From the NCBI GenBank assembly GCA_022646745.1, contig CP060262.1:1495149-1559148 (forward strand): a stretch of 64,000 nt of DNA, given 5' to 3'. A model generated the notes under the pieces. That model was not told where the DNA came from. It searched no databases and was given only the letters and a program-made list of their open reading frames with translations. This document shows positions 1-9,183 of this stretch, in pieces. Position numbers and translations under genes: made by a program. The stretch is from Planctomycetales bacterium (GTDB taxonomy: Bacteria; 4484-113; JAFGCY01). Position 1 is the first letter of the stretch. Each line of letters starts with the position of its first letter.

Positions 1-2
1 GC

Positions 3-659
3 GTGCGCTACTTCCTGCCGGATGACTTTGACAGCGAACTGGAATATACCCTCGTGGTGATGCTGCACGGGGCAACGGGCACACCGGAGAACATCGCGGC
101 CTGGCGGCAGCAGATGCCGCACAGGAACTTCATCATGGCGGCCCCGGCGGCGGCCTATCCGGTATTCAGCGACCACCAGGATTCCCGTATCTGGTGGCCT
201 GGCGCCATCGGTGACGAGCTGCGCATGCAGTACCTCGAGCAGAATGCGGAATACGTCGGCAATGTGGTTGCCAGGATGCGGGAGGATTTCCGCATCGGCC
301 CGGTGGTGCTGGCCGGCTTCAGCCAGGGCGGGATGCTGGCGAGCTACTGTGCCCTGACCCGCAGCGGGCAGTATGACGCGCTGGCCTGCTTCAGCACAAC
401 GCTTGCGGTGGATGACGAACTGCCGCGCCGTGAGCTGGACTTCCCGGTGTTCTCCGGCCATGGCCTGCGCGACAGCGCAGTGCTGCCGGCTGAAAGCGAG
501 ATGCTGGCTGACTTCCTCGAGGAACAGGGCTGCCCGTTGACCCGCTTCAGCTTTGATGGCGGCCATGAGATCAGCGTGCAGGAGCTGGAGGCTTTCTGTG
601 ACTGGCTGGATGCGCTTGGACCGGCCGGCGGGAACACCGCAGGCATGGGCAATGTCTGA
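3..659 (+). CDS. alpha/beta hydrolase, phospholipase/carboxylesterase family (5' partial at window edge)
   Basis: ORF runs from the window start. It has a GFSQGG nucleophile-elbow motif and the HG..G oxyanion region (VVMLHGATG) typical of the PF02230-like esterase fold. Confidence 0.6.
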   Translation: MRYFLPDDFDSELEYTLVVMLHGATGTPENIAAWRQQMPHRNFIMAAPAAAYPVFSDHQDSRIWWPGAIGDELRMQYLEQNAEYVGNVVARMREDFRIGPVVLAGFSQGGMLASYCALTRSGQYDALACFSTTLAVDDELPRRELDFPVFSGHGLRDSAVLPAESEMLADFLEEQGCPLTRFSFDGGHEISVQELEAFCDWLDALGPAGGNTAGMGNV

Positions 660-705
660 ATAGTGTCACGGAATTCCAGCGGATTCCGGGATAGAATCAA
701 ACAGG

Positions 706-1167
706 ATGCGAAGCCTCTACCTGATAGCTGCGATAGTCTCCACGGCATTCGTGCTGGTCAATGGACCGCGCCTGCCCTGGATTGACGCCGCCGACACAGT
801 GGTGATCTTCAAGGGCTTCAACCACGGCATCATCGGCTTCAGCTACATGTGCAGCTGGGCACTCGTGCTCGGCGGGATCTACCAGCTGCTGCTGGGCGTG
901 GTCTACTGGGACATGGATACGAGCGACCATGAACGCTGGCAGTTCACGCTGGAAAGCAGCGGCACCAGCCGCTTCCTCGCAATCGCCGGCGTCGTCTGCC
1001 TGATCCTGGGCGGGATGTGGCTGTACTTCACCTTCAGCAATGACTTCCACCGCTGGCCGGCCGGGGTGATGAGCAGCGTCGCTGCCATATTCACCTGCCT
1101 GCTGTACTGGATGGCCTTCCCGCTGATGGAGCAGGTGGGCATGGACCGCGAGGAGATCGGAGTCTAG
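706..1167 (+). CDS. hypothetical integral membrane protein (about 4 TM segments)
   Basis: Four hydrophobic helices. No recognisable family. Codon bias matches its neighbours. Confidence 0.4.
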   Translation: MRSLYLIAAIVSTAFVLVNGPRLPWIDAADTVVIFKGFNHGIIGFSYMCSWALVLGGIYQLLLGVVYWDMDTSDHERWQFTLESSGTSRFLAIAGVVCLILGGMWLYFTFSNDFHRWPAGVMSSVAAIFTCLLYWMAFPLMEQVGMDREEIGV

Positions 1168-1835
1168 GAAGCGAGGATCTCCTCCGCGCTGCTGGTGCCG
1201 ATGATGTCCGCACCGGCCTCCACCATGCGAACCGCATCCTCCCGGCTGCGCACACCGCCGCTGCATTTCACGAGCCTGTCCTCGCCCAGCTCCCGGCGGA
1301 TCAGCTCCACATGCTCCAGCTTCGTGGCATCGCGGCCGTAGCCCGTGCTGGTCTTGACGCAGTCCACCGGTGCATCGCGCAGCACATGCACCACTTCAGT
1401 GATGCGGGCATCATCGAGGATCGGGGTTTCGATGATCACCTTCAGCATGCGTTGCTGGCGGCGGCAGAGTGTGCCGAGCTTTCCGGCCTCGGCAGCCAGC
1501 TTCGCCATGTTGCCATTCACGAGGGCGAACAGGTCCAGCACCACGTCGAACTCGTCGATGCCCTGCTCCATCAGCTCCTCGATGGCGAAGTACTTGCAGC
1601 TGGCGCTTTCCATACCGAGCGGGTAGGCCACCACCGTTGACACCCTGAGCTGCGGGTTGTGCTTCTTGACGGTGCCGGCCAGCAGCGGGGGGACACACAG
1701 GCTGCGCAGCTGGAGGTGGATTGCCAAATCAACCTGCGCACGCAGGGACTCCACCGTGGCAGCGGGGTCAGCCTTGAGGAAGGCCTGGTCAAGCCGCGTG
1801 TGCAGCTGGGCATCGGCGGGCGGTCGCAGGAACAT
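1164..1835 (-). CDS. deoC: deoxyribose-phosphate aldolase (class I, short form)
   Basis: Schiff-base lysine motif VKTSTGY and the GAD..GTS C-terminal region. N-terminus aligns with DeoC from MFLRPP. The ATG at 1833-1835 is confirmed. The ORF track extends upstream to 2021, but that extension is not DeoC-like. Confidence 0.8.
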   Translation of the reverse strand: MFLRPPADAQLHTRLDQAFLKADPAATVESLRAQVDLAIHLQLRSLCVPPLLAGTVKKHNPQLRVSTVVAYPLGMESASCKYFAIEELMEQGIDEFDVVLDLFALVNGNMAKLAAEAGKLGTLCRRQQRMLKVIIETPILDDARITEVVHVLRDAPVDCVKTSTGYGRDATKLEHVELIRRELGEDRLVKCSGGVRSREDAVRMVEAGADIIGTSSAEEILAS

Positions 1836-1890
1836 GTTGACATTGTAGTGCAGTCCGGATGCGGCATGCCGCCAGTTGTATAATGGCGCG

Positions 1891-3258
1891 ATGATGATCT
1901 GGCTGCAGCAGGACGCGGGCACGGATGGACAGGCAACGGAGGGCGGCGCCCCCAAAGGCAGGTCGCTCCTGCATGTGCTGGATGCGGAAAGCACGCGCAC
2001 TGAGTCGCGGGAGAAAGCCAACGCCCTGATCGAGCGCGTGCTCAGCCCGCAGGTGCGCCAGGCCTATGACCAGCTCAACAGCCAGACGGTGTTCGGCCTG
2101 AATGCCTTCGGGCTGGTGGCCGCAATCTTCTTCCTGCTGCTGGCCTACCTGGTCAGCCGTGTGGTGCGCCTCGTGATGGACCGCTACCTGAAGCCATTCG
2201 TGGAGCAGACCACCACCAAGTATGACGACCAGGTCGTGCGCGCCCTGCGCCGCCAGGTCAGCACCTTCGTGATGATCTGGGGCCTGTTCCTGGCCTTCAC
2301 ATTCCTGGACCTGCCGGGCCGCGCGAACGGCATCATCTGGTCCATCCTGACAACCTGGCTGATCATCAACATCGGCCTGATCCTGTACCGCGGGCTGGAG
2401 ATCACGCTGAGCTGGCTCGGGCAGCTCCGGCGCGAGGACAGCAGCAGCGCGCTGGACAGCCAGTTCATCCCGATGATCCGCGATGCCGGCAAGGTGATCC
2501 TGATCACCCTCGTCGTGCTGACCTGCGTGCAGAGCTGGGGCGGCGACATCACCGCCGTGCTGACCGGCGTCGGCATCGGCGGCCTGGCGCTGGCCTTCGC
2601 GGCGCAGGACACCGTTGCCAACGTGTTCGGCAGCTTCATGATCTTCATGGACCGCCCCTTCAAGCGCGGTGACTGGATCGTGATGGCCGGGGTGGAGGGT
2701 GACGTGGAGGAAATCGGCATCCGCTCCACGCGCATCCGCTGCTTCGACAAGACCGTTGTCAGCGTGCCGAACAAGATCGTCACCAACGAGAACATCCAGA
2801 ACTTCAGCGCCCGTGACCAGCGGCGCATCAACATGGACATCGGCATCACCTACGATTCCAGCCCGGACCAGGTGCGCGCCGCGGTGGCCGGCATCCGCCG
2901 GATCCTCAGCGAGCACCCGGACATCGACCAGTCCAGCTACATCGTGCGCTTCTCGGACTTCGGCGCCAGTGCGCTGAACATCCTCGTCTACTGCTTCACG
3001 AAGACCGCCGTCTGGAGCGACTACCTCGTGATCCGCGAGGACCTGAACCTGCGCATCATGGACCTGTTCGAGGAGATCGGGGTGGAATTCGCCTTCCCGA
3101 GCCAGAGCGTCTACCTGCACAACATGACGGATGGCAGATCCGGCAAACGGCTGGCGCCGGAAGGAAAGCGGGAGCGCAAGCATCCACTGCCATCCACTCC
3201 GCTTGAGAAGCGCAGCCGCGCCGAGAACGAGACGGGGATGGATGCCGGCGAAGGCTAG
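1891..3258 (+). CDS. mechanosensitive ion channel, MscS family (paralogue 1)
   Basis: MscS pore-helix signature GVGIGGLALAFAAQDTVANVFG followed by the beta-domain motif RPFKRGDWIV..GVEGDVEEIGIRSTRIR. Three N-terminal TM helices. First in-frame ATG is at 1891; the track starts at TTG 1876. Confidence 0.8.
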   Translation: MMIWLQQDAGTDGQATEGGAPKGRSLLHVLDAESTRTESREKANALIERVLSPQVRQAYDQLNSQTVFGLNAFGLVAAIFFLLLAYLVSRVVRLVMDRYLKPFVEQTTTKYDDQVVRALRRQVSTFVMIWGLFLAFTFLDLPGRANGIIWSILTTWLIINIGLILYRGLEITLSWLGQLRREDSSSALDSQFIPMIRDAGKVILITLVVLTCVQSWGGDITAVLTGVGIGGLALAFAAQDTVANVFGSFMIFMDRPFKRGDWIVMAGVEGDVEEIGIRSTRIRCFDKTVVSVPNKIVTNENIQNFSARDQRRINMDIGITYDSSPDQVRAAVAGIRRILSEHPDIDQSSYIVRFSDFGASALNILVYCFTKTAVWSDYLVIREDLNLRIMDLFEEIGVEFAFPSQSVYLHNMTDGRSGKRLAPEGKRERKHPLPSTPLEKRSRAENETGMDAGEG

Positions 3259-3273
3259 GCCGGCAGGCCGTTG

Positions 3274-4521
3274 TCAGCGGCTGCTGCGCAGGGCCTCGAT
3301 CGGGTCGAGCCGCGAGGCCTGCCAGGCCGGGTAGTAGCCGAAGAACACGCCGGTGCCGACGGTCACCGCAAAGGCGATGAAGATGATCAGCGGCGAGATA
3401 ACCGGGTCCGGCACCTGGGCATCCTCCGGCATGTTGGCAAGGATCTTCGCGCCCATCCAGGCGGCCCCGAGCCCGATCAGCCCGCCGCTGAAGCTGATCA
3501 GTACCGCTTCCGCAAGGAACTGGCGCAGGATGTCCTCGCGCTTGGCCCCGAGTGCCTTGCGCAGGCCGATCTCGGCGGTACGCTGGTGCACCGTGACGAG
3601 CATGATGTTCATCACGCCGACGCCGCCGATCAGCAGCGAGAGGAAGCCGATCACCGCGAGGAACTGGCCGAAGCTGTCGGCGGTGGCCTCACGCTGGCTG
3701 CGCAGTTCCTCGGAGTACATCACGCGGATCGGCTTGTCCCACCAGCCGCGGATCTCGCTCTCGTCGGGCTTCTCGATGCGCGGGTGGCGCAGGTACATCA
3801 GCTCCTCGATCTGCTGCGCCGCCAGTTTCACATGCTTGCTGCTAACGGCGCTGGCAACGATCTCGCCGAGCCCGCGCTGGTTGATGAAGGTGCGGTCGGT
3901 GAAGGTCAGGTAGGGCATGAAGGCCGTCGGTTCGGCGCGGCGGCCTTCCTCGTAGTCAATCGTGCCGACGATGCGGAAGCGCCGGCCGGCAATGTCAATG
4001 AACTGCCCGAGCGCCGGGGCGCCGAAGAACAGCTCCTTCTGCATCGTGGTGTTGATGATGCAGACGCGTTCGCGCAGCACGTTCTCCTCAGCGCCGAATG
4101 GTACGCCGGTGACCAGTTCCTCGCCGAGGATGTCGAAGTAGTCCGGGCCGACACCGAGCACCTCGACCTCCTCCAGCTCGTATGAGCCAAGGCGGACGGT
4201 CGTGCTCGTGTCAACGGAGGGCTCGGCGCGCGAGACGGCACCGCAGTCCTTCAGGATCGCATCCAGGTCGCCGGGTGTCAGGCGCTCACGCTCCGACATC
4301 CAGTTGCCACGGCCCCAGCGCCCGCGGATGTTGACGCGGATCTCATTGGCTCCCCAGTCCTCATAGCGTGCCAGCAGCTCAGCCTTCTGCCCGGCACCGT
4401 AGGCCAAGAGCAGCACCACTGTGCCGACCCCGACCACCACGCCAAGCACGGTCAGCAGGCTGCGGTTCCACCTCGCGGAGATGGACTTGACGCAGGCCAG
4501 CATGATCTCGATGGATGACAT
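3274..4521 (-). CDS. ABC transporter permease, FtsX/MacB-like (N-terminal TM, periplasmic core, 3 C-terminal TM)
   Basis: MacB_PCD-like periplasmic region. C-terminal FtsX domain (LSLLIGGVGVMNIMLVTV..RTAEIGLRKALGA). ATG at 4521. Confidence 0.75.
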   Translation of the reverse strand: MSSIEIMLACVKSISARWNRSLLTVLGVVVGVGTVVLLLAYGAGQKAELLARYEDWGANEIRVNIRGRWGRGNWMSERERLTPGDLDAILKDCGAVSRAEPSVDTSTTVRLGSYELEEVEVLGVGPDYFDILGEELVTGVPFGAEENVLRERVCIINTTMQKELFFGAPALGQFIDIAGRRFRIVGTIDYEEGRRAEPTAFMPYLTFTDRTFINQRGLGEIVASAVSSKHVKLAAQQIEELMYLRHPRIEKPDESEIRGWWDKPIRVMYSEELRSQREATADSFGQFLAVIGFLSLLIGGVGVMNIMLVTVHQRTAEIGLRKALGAKREDILRQFLAEAVLISFSGGLIGLGAAWMGAKILANMPEDAQVPDPVISPLIIFIAFAVTVGTGVFFGYYPAWQASRLDPIEALRSSR

Positions 4522-4524
4522 GGC

Positions 4525-5742
4525 TTACTCGTAGGAGAGGGACTCGATCGGGTCCGTGGAGGATGCGAGCACGGCGGGCCAGGTGCCGGCTGCCAGTGCG
4601 ATCACGAGTGAGACGAGGATCGCACCGACCATCAGGCTCTGGCTGAGCAGCGGGTCGGGTACGTTGGCATCGTCAGGCAGGGCCGCCATCTTGGCGCAGG
4701 CCACAATGGCAACACCGAGCCCGATCGCCCCGCCGCTGAGGCAGACGATCAGTGACTCGCTGAGGAACTGCCCGATGATCACAGGCCGGGTGGCGCCGAG
4801 CGCCTTGCGCAGGCCGATCTCCAGCGTGCGCTCCTCGACCGCGACGAGCATGATGTTCATCACCCCGACCGCGCCGATCGTCAGGCACAGCAGGCCGATC
4901 ACCAGCAGGAAGCGCGACATCGAGTTGGCAGCGGCGGTGCGGCGCTTCAGCCAGTCGTTGAACATCCAGATGTTGAGCGGGCTCCAGCGCTCGTTCTTGG
5001 CGAGCACGATCTCCGGGTGGCGGGCCTCGAGCACTTCCGTCACCCGGGTCTTCGCGAACTCAAGGTACTTCTCGTCCTTCACCTCGATGTCGATGTTTAC
5101 CATCGGGTCCATCGTCGGGAACTCCACCAGTGCGGTGTAAGGCGGCACCAGCACCTCGTCATTGCTGCCCCCGTGGCGGCCCTCGTCGCGGCGCGCCATC
5201 ACGCCGATCACCTCGAAGGGCTTGCCCTGGATCAGCAGCTGCTGGCCGATCGGGTCGAGGTTCATGAACAGCTCATCCTTCACGTTGGCACCGATCACCA
5301 CCTGCTGCTGCATCGAGAGGTTGTCATTCTGGCTGAAGTAGCGGCCGGATGACAGCTCGAAGGTGCGCGCCTTGAAGTACTCGGGCTCCACGGCGGTCAG
5401 GGTCACGCCGCTCTTGGCGGCGCCATTGAGCTCCAGGTCGACATTGGCGAAGAACAGTGTGGCGGCGGCCACCTGCAGCACGGGGATCTCCCTGCGCAGT
5501 GCCGCGGCGTCGTCAATCGTCAGGCCGAGGCTTGTGTCGCGGTTCTCAAGTGACACTGACATTGACTTGGTGCCAAAGCCGCTGAACTGGTCAAGCAGCT
5601 GCTTGGTGTTGCCGGCGCTGTAGGCGATCAAGGTCACGACGCAGCCCACGCCGACGGCGATGCCGAGTGTGGTGAGCATCGAGCGCAGCAGGTTGGCGCG
5701 CACGCCGCGCACTGCCATGCGTATGACTTCGAAGATGATCAT
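4525..5742 (-). CDS. ABC transporter permease, FtsX/MacB-like
   Basis: Paralogue of the downstream gene (CLTIGAVGVMNIMLVAV..RTLEIGLRKALGA). Separated from the next gene by 3 nt. No ATPase gene is adjacent. Confidence 0.75.
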   Translation of the reverse strand: MIIFEVIRMAVRGVRANLLRSMLTTLGIAVGVGCVVTLIAYSAGNTKQLLDQFSGFGTKSMSVSLENRDTSLGLTIDDAAALRREIPVLQVAAATLFFANVDLELNGAAKSGVTLTAVEPEYFKARTFELSSGRYFSQNDNLSMQQQVVIGANVKDELFMNLDPIGQQLLIQGKPFEVIGVMARRDEGRHGGSNDEVLVPPYTALVEFPTMDPMVNIDIEVKDEKYLEFAKTRVTEVLEARHPEIVLAKNERWSPLNIWMFNDWLKRRTAAANSMSRFLLVIGLLCLTIGAVGVMNIMLVAVEERTLEIGLRKALGATRPVIIGQFLSESLIVCLSGGAIGLGVAIVACAKMAALPDDANVPDPLLSQSLMVGAILVSLVIALAAGTWPAVLASSTDPIESLSYE

Positions 5743-5851
5743 GCCTACCCAGACCGGCCCGCCGGCAGGGGATCTGCGGTCCGTCCCTGCCTCTCATTAA
5801 TGATATCCCAGTCGGGCCTGATTGTTTCAAAGCGCAGCGGGGGCCGCGAAA

Positions 5852-6604
5852 TCAGCGGGCCATGTCCAGCTGGTCCATTGTCCGCTCCAGCAATGCCTCC
5901 AGTTCAGCGGTCATCAGCTGCTGGCGCTTGATCTCCGGGAGCAGCAGAGCGCGCACTTCGCGTGCATTTGCGGAAGTACGGATGCTCAGGAGAAGTTTCT
6001 CCACATGCCGTGGCTGGGCCTCCTGTCGCAGCAGGCGGTACATCACGCTCAGGCGCACCCACTGGAACAGCTCATTGTCGTGCTCGTCGCGATAGAGCAG
6101 GAACTGCTCGTAGGCCCGTGAAATGGTTTCGATGTCATTGTGCCTGAAGGCGAAGTTCGAAGCGAAATACCATTGCTCCGTATGCATCTCATGGAAGTCC
6201 AGGTCTGAGAACAGGCAGCGGAACTCACTGATCTGCAGGGGCTCAAGCTTCATGTTGTCCGCGATGATGCGCAACTGAAGGTAGTAACGGCGGCGGGTCA
6301 GGTCGCTTTCCGGGCCATGGGTCCGCCGCAGCAGCCTCTCCCGGGCAAGCGGGTACTCCAGCTCAGCCTTGCCCGCTTCGCGAAATGCCACATGTCGCAG
6401 GAATCCAAGGTATGACACCACCATGTCAATTGCGTCCGCCATGTCCCGGTCCATCTCTTCAGCGGAGATGATCGCAAGCGCACGCGCATGCAATTCATTG
6501 AATCGATTCACATCAAGCTGGTTGAGGGCTTCCGCCATTGGATCCATCAGATCCACATACCATTGGGCCCTGGAATAGCTAAGCATTTTCTTCAAGCCTG
6601 ACAA
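5852..6604 (-). CDS. hypothetical alpha-helical protein
   Basis: 250-aa ORF with coding-like GC3 bias. No recognisable motifs. Sits 107 nt upstream of the permease pair. Confidence 0.4.
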   Translation of the reverse strand: MSGLKKMLSYSRAQWYVDLMDPMAEALNQLDVNRFNELHARALAIISAEEMDRDMADAIDMVVSYLGFLRHVAFREAGKAELEYPLARERLLRRTHGPESDLTRRRYYLQLRIIADNMKLEPLQISEFRCLFSDLDFHEMHTEQWYFASNFAFRHNDIETISRAYEQFLLYRDEHDNELFQWVRLSVMYRLLRQEAQPRHVEKLLLSIRTSANAREVRALLLPEIKRQQLMTAELEALLERTMDQLDMAR

Positions 6605-6755
6605 GCAGGTCGCATCAGCACCACGGCATATTGCATGCCTGTTAGCGATAAAAGCTCCGAAGCGGAGTTACACGGTCCAATAGACCATACCAGCGCCGGG
6701 CAGATTACATTCTCAATATGAGGATTAATTCCCGGTTTGCAGAAAGGCAAAAATT

Positions 6756-6800
6756 AAATGTTGGAAAAATCAACATTTGGAATGCGTGTAATTACGCATT
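6756..6800. promoter_or_regulatory. two adjacent perfect palindromes in a divergent AT-rich promoter region (candidate operator sites)
   Basis: AAATGTTG-N7-CAACATTT at 6756..6778 and AATGCGT-N6-ACGCATT at 6781..6800. Between the divergent genes 5852..6604(-) and 6830..9136(+). Confidence 0.3.
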
Positions 6801-6829
6801 AGGTTTCATCCCTAGAATTTCCGGTAATA

Positions 6830-9136
6830 ATGACTGATGTGATGCAAAGACATGCGATTTTGCGCATGTTACTGCTTTCCTGCGTCATGGTAATTATTGC
6901 TGCCGGCAATTCACTGGCAGCGCAGTACAGCGAGTCCCAGTCCGAAGTGGCCCATATCGGCCAGCTTGACCTCGCGGACAGGGGCAATGGACTCGCATTC
7001 GTGCTGCAGGCGCAAATAGGCAGTGCCGGAAGCCTGGATCTGGACGCATCTGAGCGAAGCATGCTCGATGGTTTCCTTGCCTGGTCACCGGCATTCCGTG
7101 AGGACTGCCTGAATGGAACGGTAACTGCGGATACTGAACTTCTCGGGGCCGATCTGTTAAGCCTCGCCGTCGTCCTGGACAATGCGGACGCGGTGGAGAC
7201 GCTGCTTGATTCCTATCCCCGCACCCTCGAACAGCTGCGGCTGGACCGGCTGCTGGTCAGTGCTCTGCACAGCGGGAACGACGGCATGGCTGCACTGCTC
7301 GCCGGGCGTGGAGCGCTGCTCGGCAGTGGCGTGGCCGGCGAAATGCTGCAGCGGCCGGGAGGAATTGACCCTGAGCTGCTCGGCCGCCTGCTCGAAGTGG
7401 GCAAGCCCAGCACTGAACCGGCGGAATGGACTGCATTCATAAGCCGGATCGTGCCGGTCGCCAGTACGGAGCAGCTCAGTCGCCTGCTGGAAGCGGGCAC
7501 ACACTGGGACTACAGCTCCGCCGGAGATGAACTGCTCGGGGCCTGCCTGTCGGACGCGGCGAAGCTCAAGCTGCTCAGCAGCAATGGATTCGACGTGGCA
7601 CGCTATGCCTCCGCCGGTTCACGCCAGCCCCTGGTCTCCATCTGCCGGGCCTACCGTGGCCAGCGCCGCAGCCTGGAGATGCGAGCCCCGCTGCTCGGGG
7701 TTGCCCGGCTGGAACTTTCGCGCCGAGCATTGGCGATGACCACAACTGAACTGCTGGAGAAGCTGCAACGCGATGGCGCGCTGAAGGGCCGGCTGGATGA
7801 GCGCCTGAAGGAACTGGACCAGCTGTCCGGTGAGGAATACGCGGTCTGCACCGCAATTGACGACCTGCGCTACTTCCAGATGCTGAGGCGCATGGGTCTC
7901 GACCTGAATGCCACCGACGGCGATGGCAACAATGCACTGAACCTGCTGCTGCTCAACGGCCTGCTCAGTGACAAGGAACTGCAGGAGCTCAGCCAGCTCG
8001 GGATTGACCCGCTGCATGAGAACTTCCTGTCCCGCAGCGCGCTGCACATCGCGATCCTCAACGGCCGTGATGAACTGGCAACGGCCTGGCTGGCGAAGGC
8101 GCAGTCCCCGCAGCCAGTGGCGCTGGTGGCCCTCGGCCGCGTTGCCGAGTTCAATGATGCGGTGGCAAAGCTCGGACTGACGGATGAGCAGGCCAACCGC
8201 GAACTGGAGAAGGGCATGCTGCTGGCCGGGCAGGCCGGTAACGGGGCGGCGCTCAAGGCTGTGATTGCCAGCGGGCGGGCCCCGCTGATGCAGGCACTTG
8301 TGATGCTTGGAATGGACAGCGAGCTGGGCAAGGCATTCTTTGACCAGGAACTGCTGATCAGTGAGAACCTGACCGTTGACAGTTCGCTGACGGTGGCCGT
8401 CAAGCGCCAGAACCTCGACCTGCTGGAGTTCCTGTTCAGTGTGCTGCCTCATGACCAGCACTGGCTGGAAGAGGCCCAGGACCAGGCGCTGATGGAAGCC
8501 GCCAAGCTGGAGGACCGCCGCTTTCTGCAGGCCCTGCTGGATTACGGCACGCCGGTGGAGCGCCGCAGCTCCGCCGGGATGACGGCGCTTGTGAGTGCCT
8601 GCAGTGCCGGCCGGATTGACAACGTACGCTACCTGCTGCAGCTCGGGGCCGACCCCGGCCGCGGGCTGGACTACTTCGCCACCCAGGGACGGGCTGCCGG
8701 CACGGAGCTCATGCCGGATGCCGAGCGCTCCCGCCAGAACCAGGCGGTGCTGAAGGTGCTGCTGGCGATCTACAACCCGGAGCATCCGGGGCTGTCGGAC
8801 GCCTGGACCGGCCGTGATGACATGCTGCCGGACCTGCTGGGAACGATCGTTTGCTGGCCCGGTGTTGAGCGCGAGCTGGTCGCGCAGGTTGCTGAACTGT
8901 CAACGCCGGATGCGCTGCTGGGCGCGATGGCCTGCTGCATCGACCTTGACCGCAGTGACCTGCTGGCCGCACTGGCCGGGCAGGAAGGAACGGAGCTTTC
9001 GTCGGAGCGGCAGCAGGAGCTGCTGGCCCGGGCGTTGCGCGGGGGCAGTGTTGACTGCATCGCCGTGCTGCTGGAAAAAGGGCTCAATGTGCCAGGCCCG
9101 CGGGAGACCGTGAAGCTGCTGGGCATGGATGACTAG
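6830..9136 (+). CDS. secreted ankyrin-repeat protein
   Basis: N-terminal signal peptide (LLLSCVMVIIAAGNSLAAQ). Multiple ANK-like units (LHIAILNGRDELATAWL; ALVSACSAGRIDNVRYLLQLGADP; TVAVKRQNLDLLEFL). No SD upstream of the ATG. Confidence 0.55.
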   Translation: MTDVMQRHAILRMLLLSCVMVIIAAGNSLAAQYSESQSEVAHIGQLDLADRGNGLAFVLQAQIGSAGSLDLDASERSMLDGFLAWSPAFREDCLNGTVTADTELLGADLLSLAVVLDNADAVETLLDSYPRTLEQLRLDRLLVSALHSGNDGMAALLAGRGALLGSGVAGEMLQRPGGIDPELLGRLLEVGKPSTEPAEWTAFISRIVPVASTEQLSRLLEAGTHWDYSSAGDELLGACLSDAAKLKLLSSNGFDVARYASAGSRQPLVSICRAYRGQRRSLEMRAPLLGVARLELSRRALAMTTTELLEKLQRDGALKGRLDERLKELDQLSGEEYAVCTAIDDLRYFQMLRRMGLDLNATDGDGNNALNLLLLNGLLSDKELQELSQLGIDPLHENFLSRSALHIAILNGRDELATAWLAKAQSPQPVALVALGRVAEFNDAVAKLGLTDEQANRELEKGMLLAGQAGNGAALKAVIASGRAPLMQALVMLGMDSELGKAFFDQELLISENLTVDSSLTVAVKRQNLDLLEFLFSVLPHDQHWLEEAQDQALMEAAKLEDRRFLQALLDYGTPVERRSSAGMTALVSACSAGRIDNVRYLLQLGADPGRGLDYFATQGRAAGTELMPDAERSRQNQAVLKVLLAIYNPEHPGLSDAWTGRDDMLPDLLGTIVCWPGVERELVAQVAELSTPDALLGAMACCIDLDRSDLLAALAGQEGTELSSERQQELLARALRGGSVDCIAVLLEKGLNVPGPRETVKLLGMDD

Positions 9137-9183
9137 GATGGCCCGCCGGCAGGCGGAATAGATCGGAAGGCTGGACGAGCGGA

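Noticed and set aside
1789-3183. 464-aa minus-strand ORF antisense to the first MscS gene. Similar long antisense ORFs occur at 7619..8785, 12217..13239, 12978..14219, 30235..31323, 32822..34810, 34651..36345, 38363..39376, 40636..41955, 46025..47479 and 49797..51689.
   Set aside because: They are typical high-GC shadow ORFs, with Arg/Ala/Gly/His/Pro-rich low-complexity translations and no motifs. The sense-strand proteins have clear family signatures and SDs.
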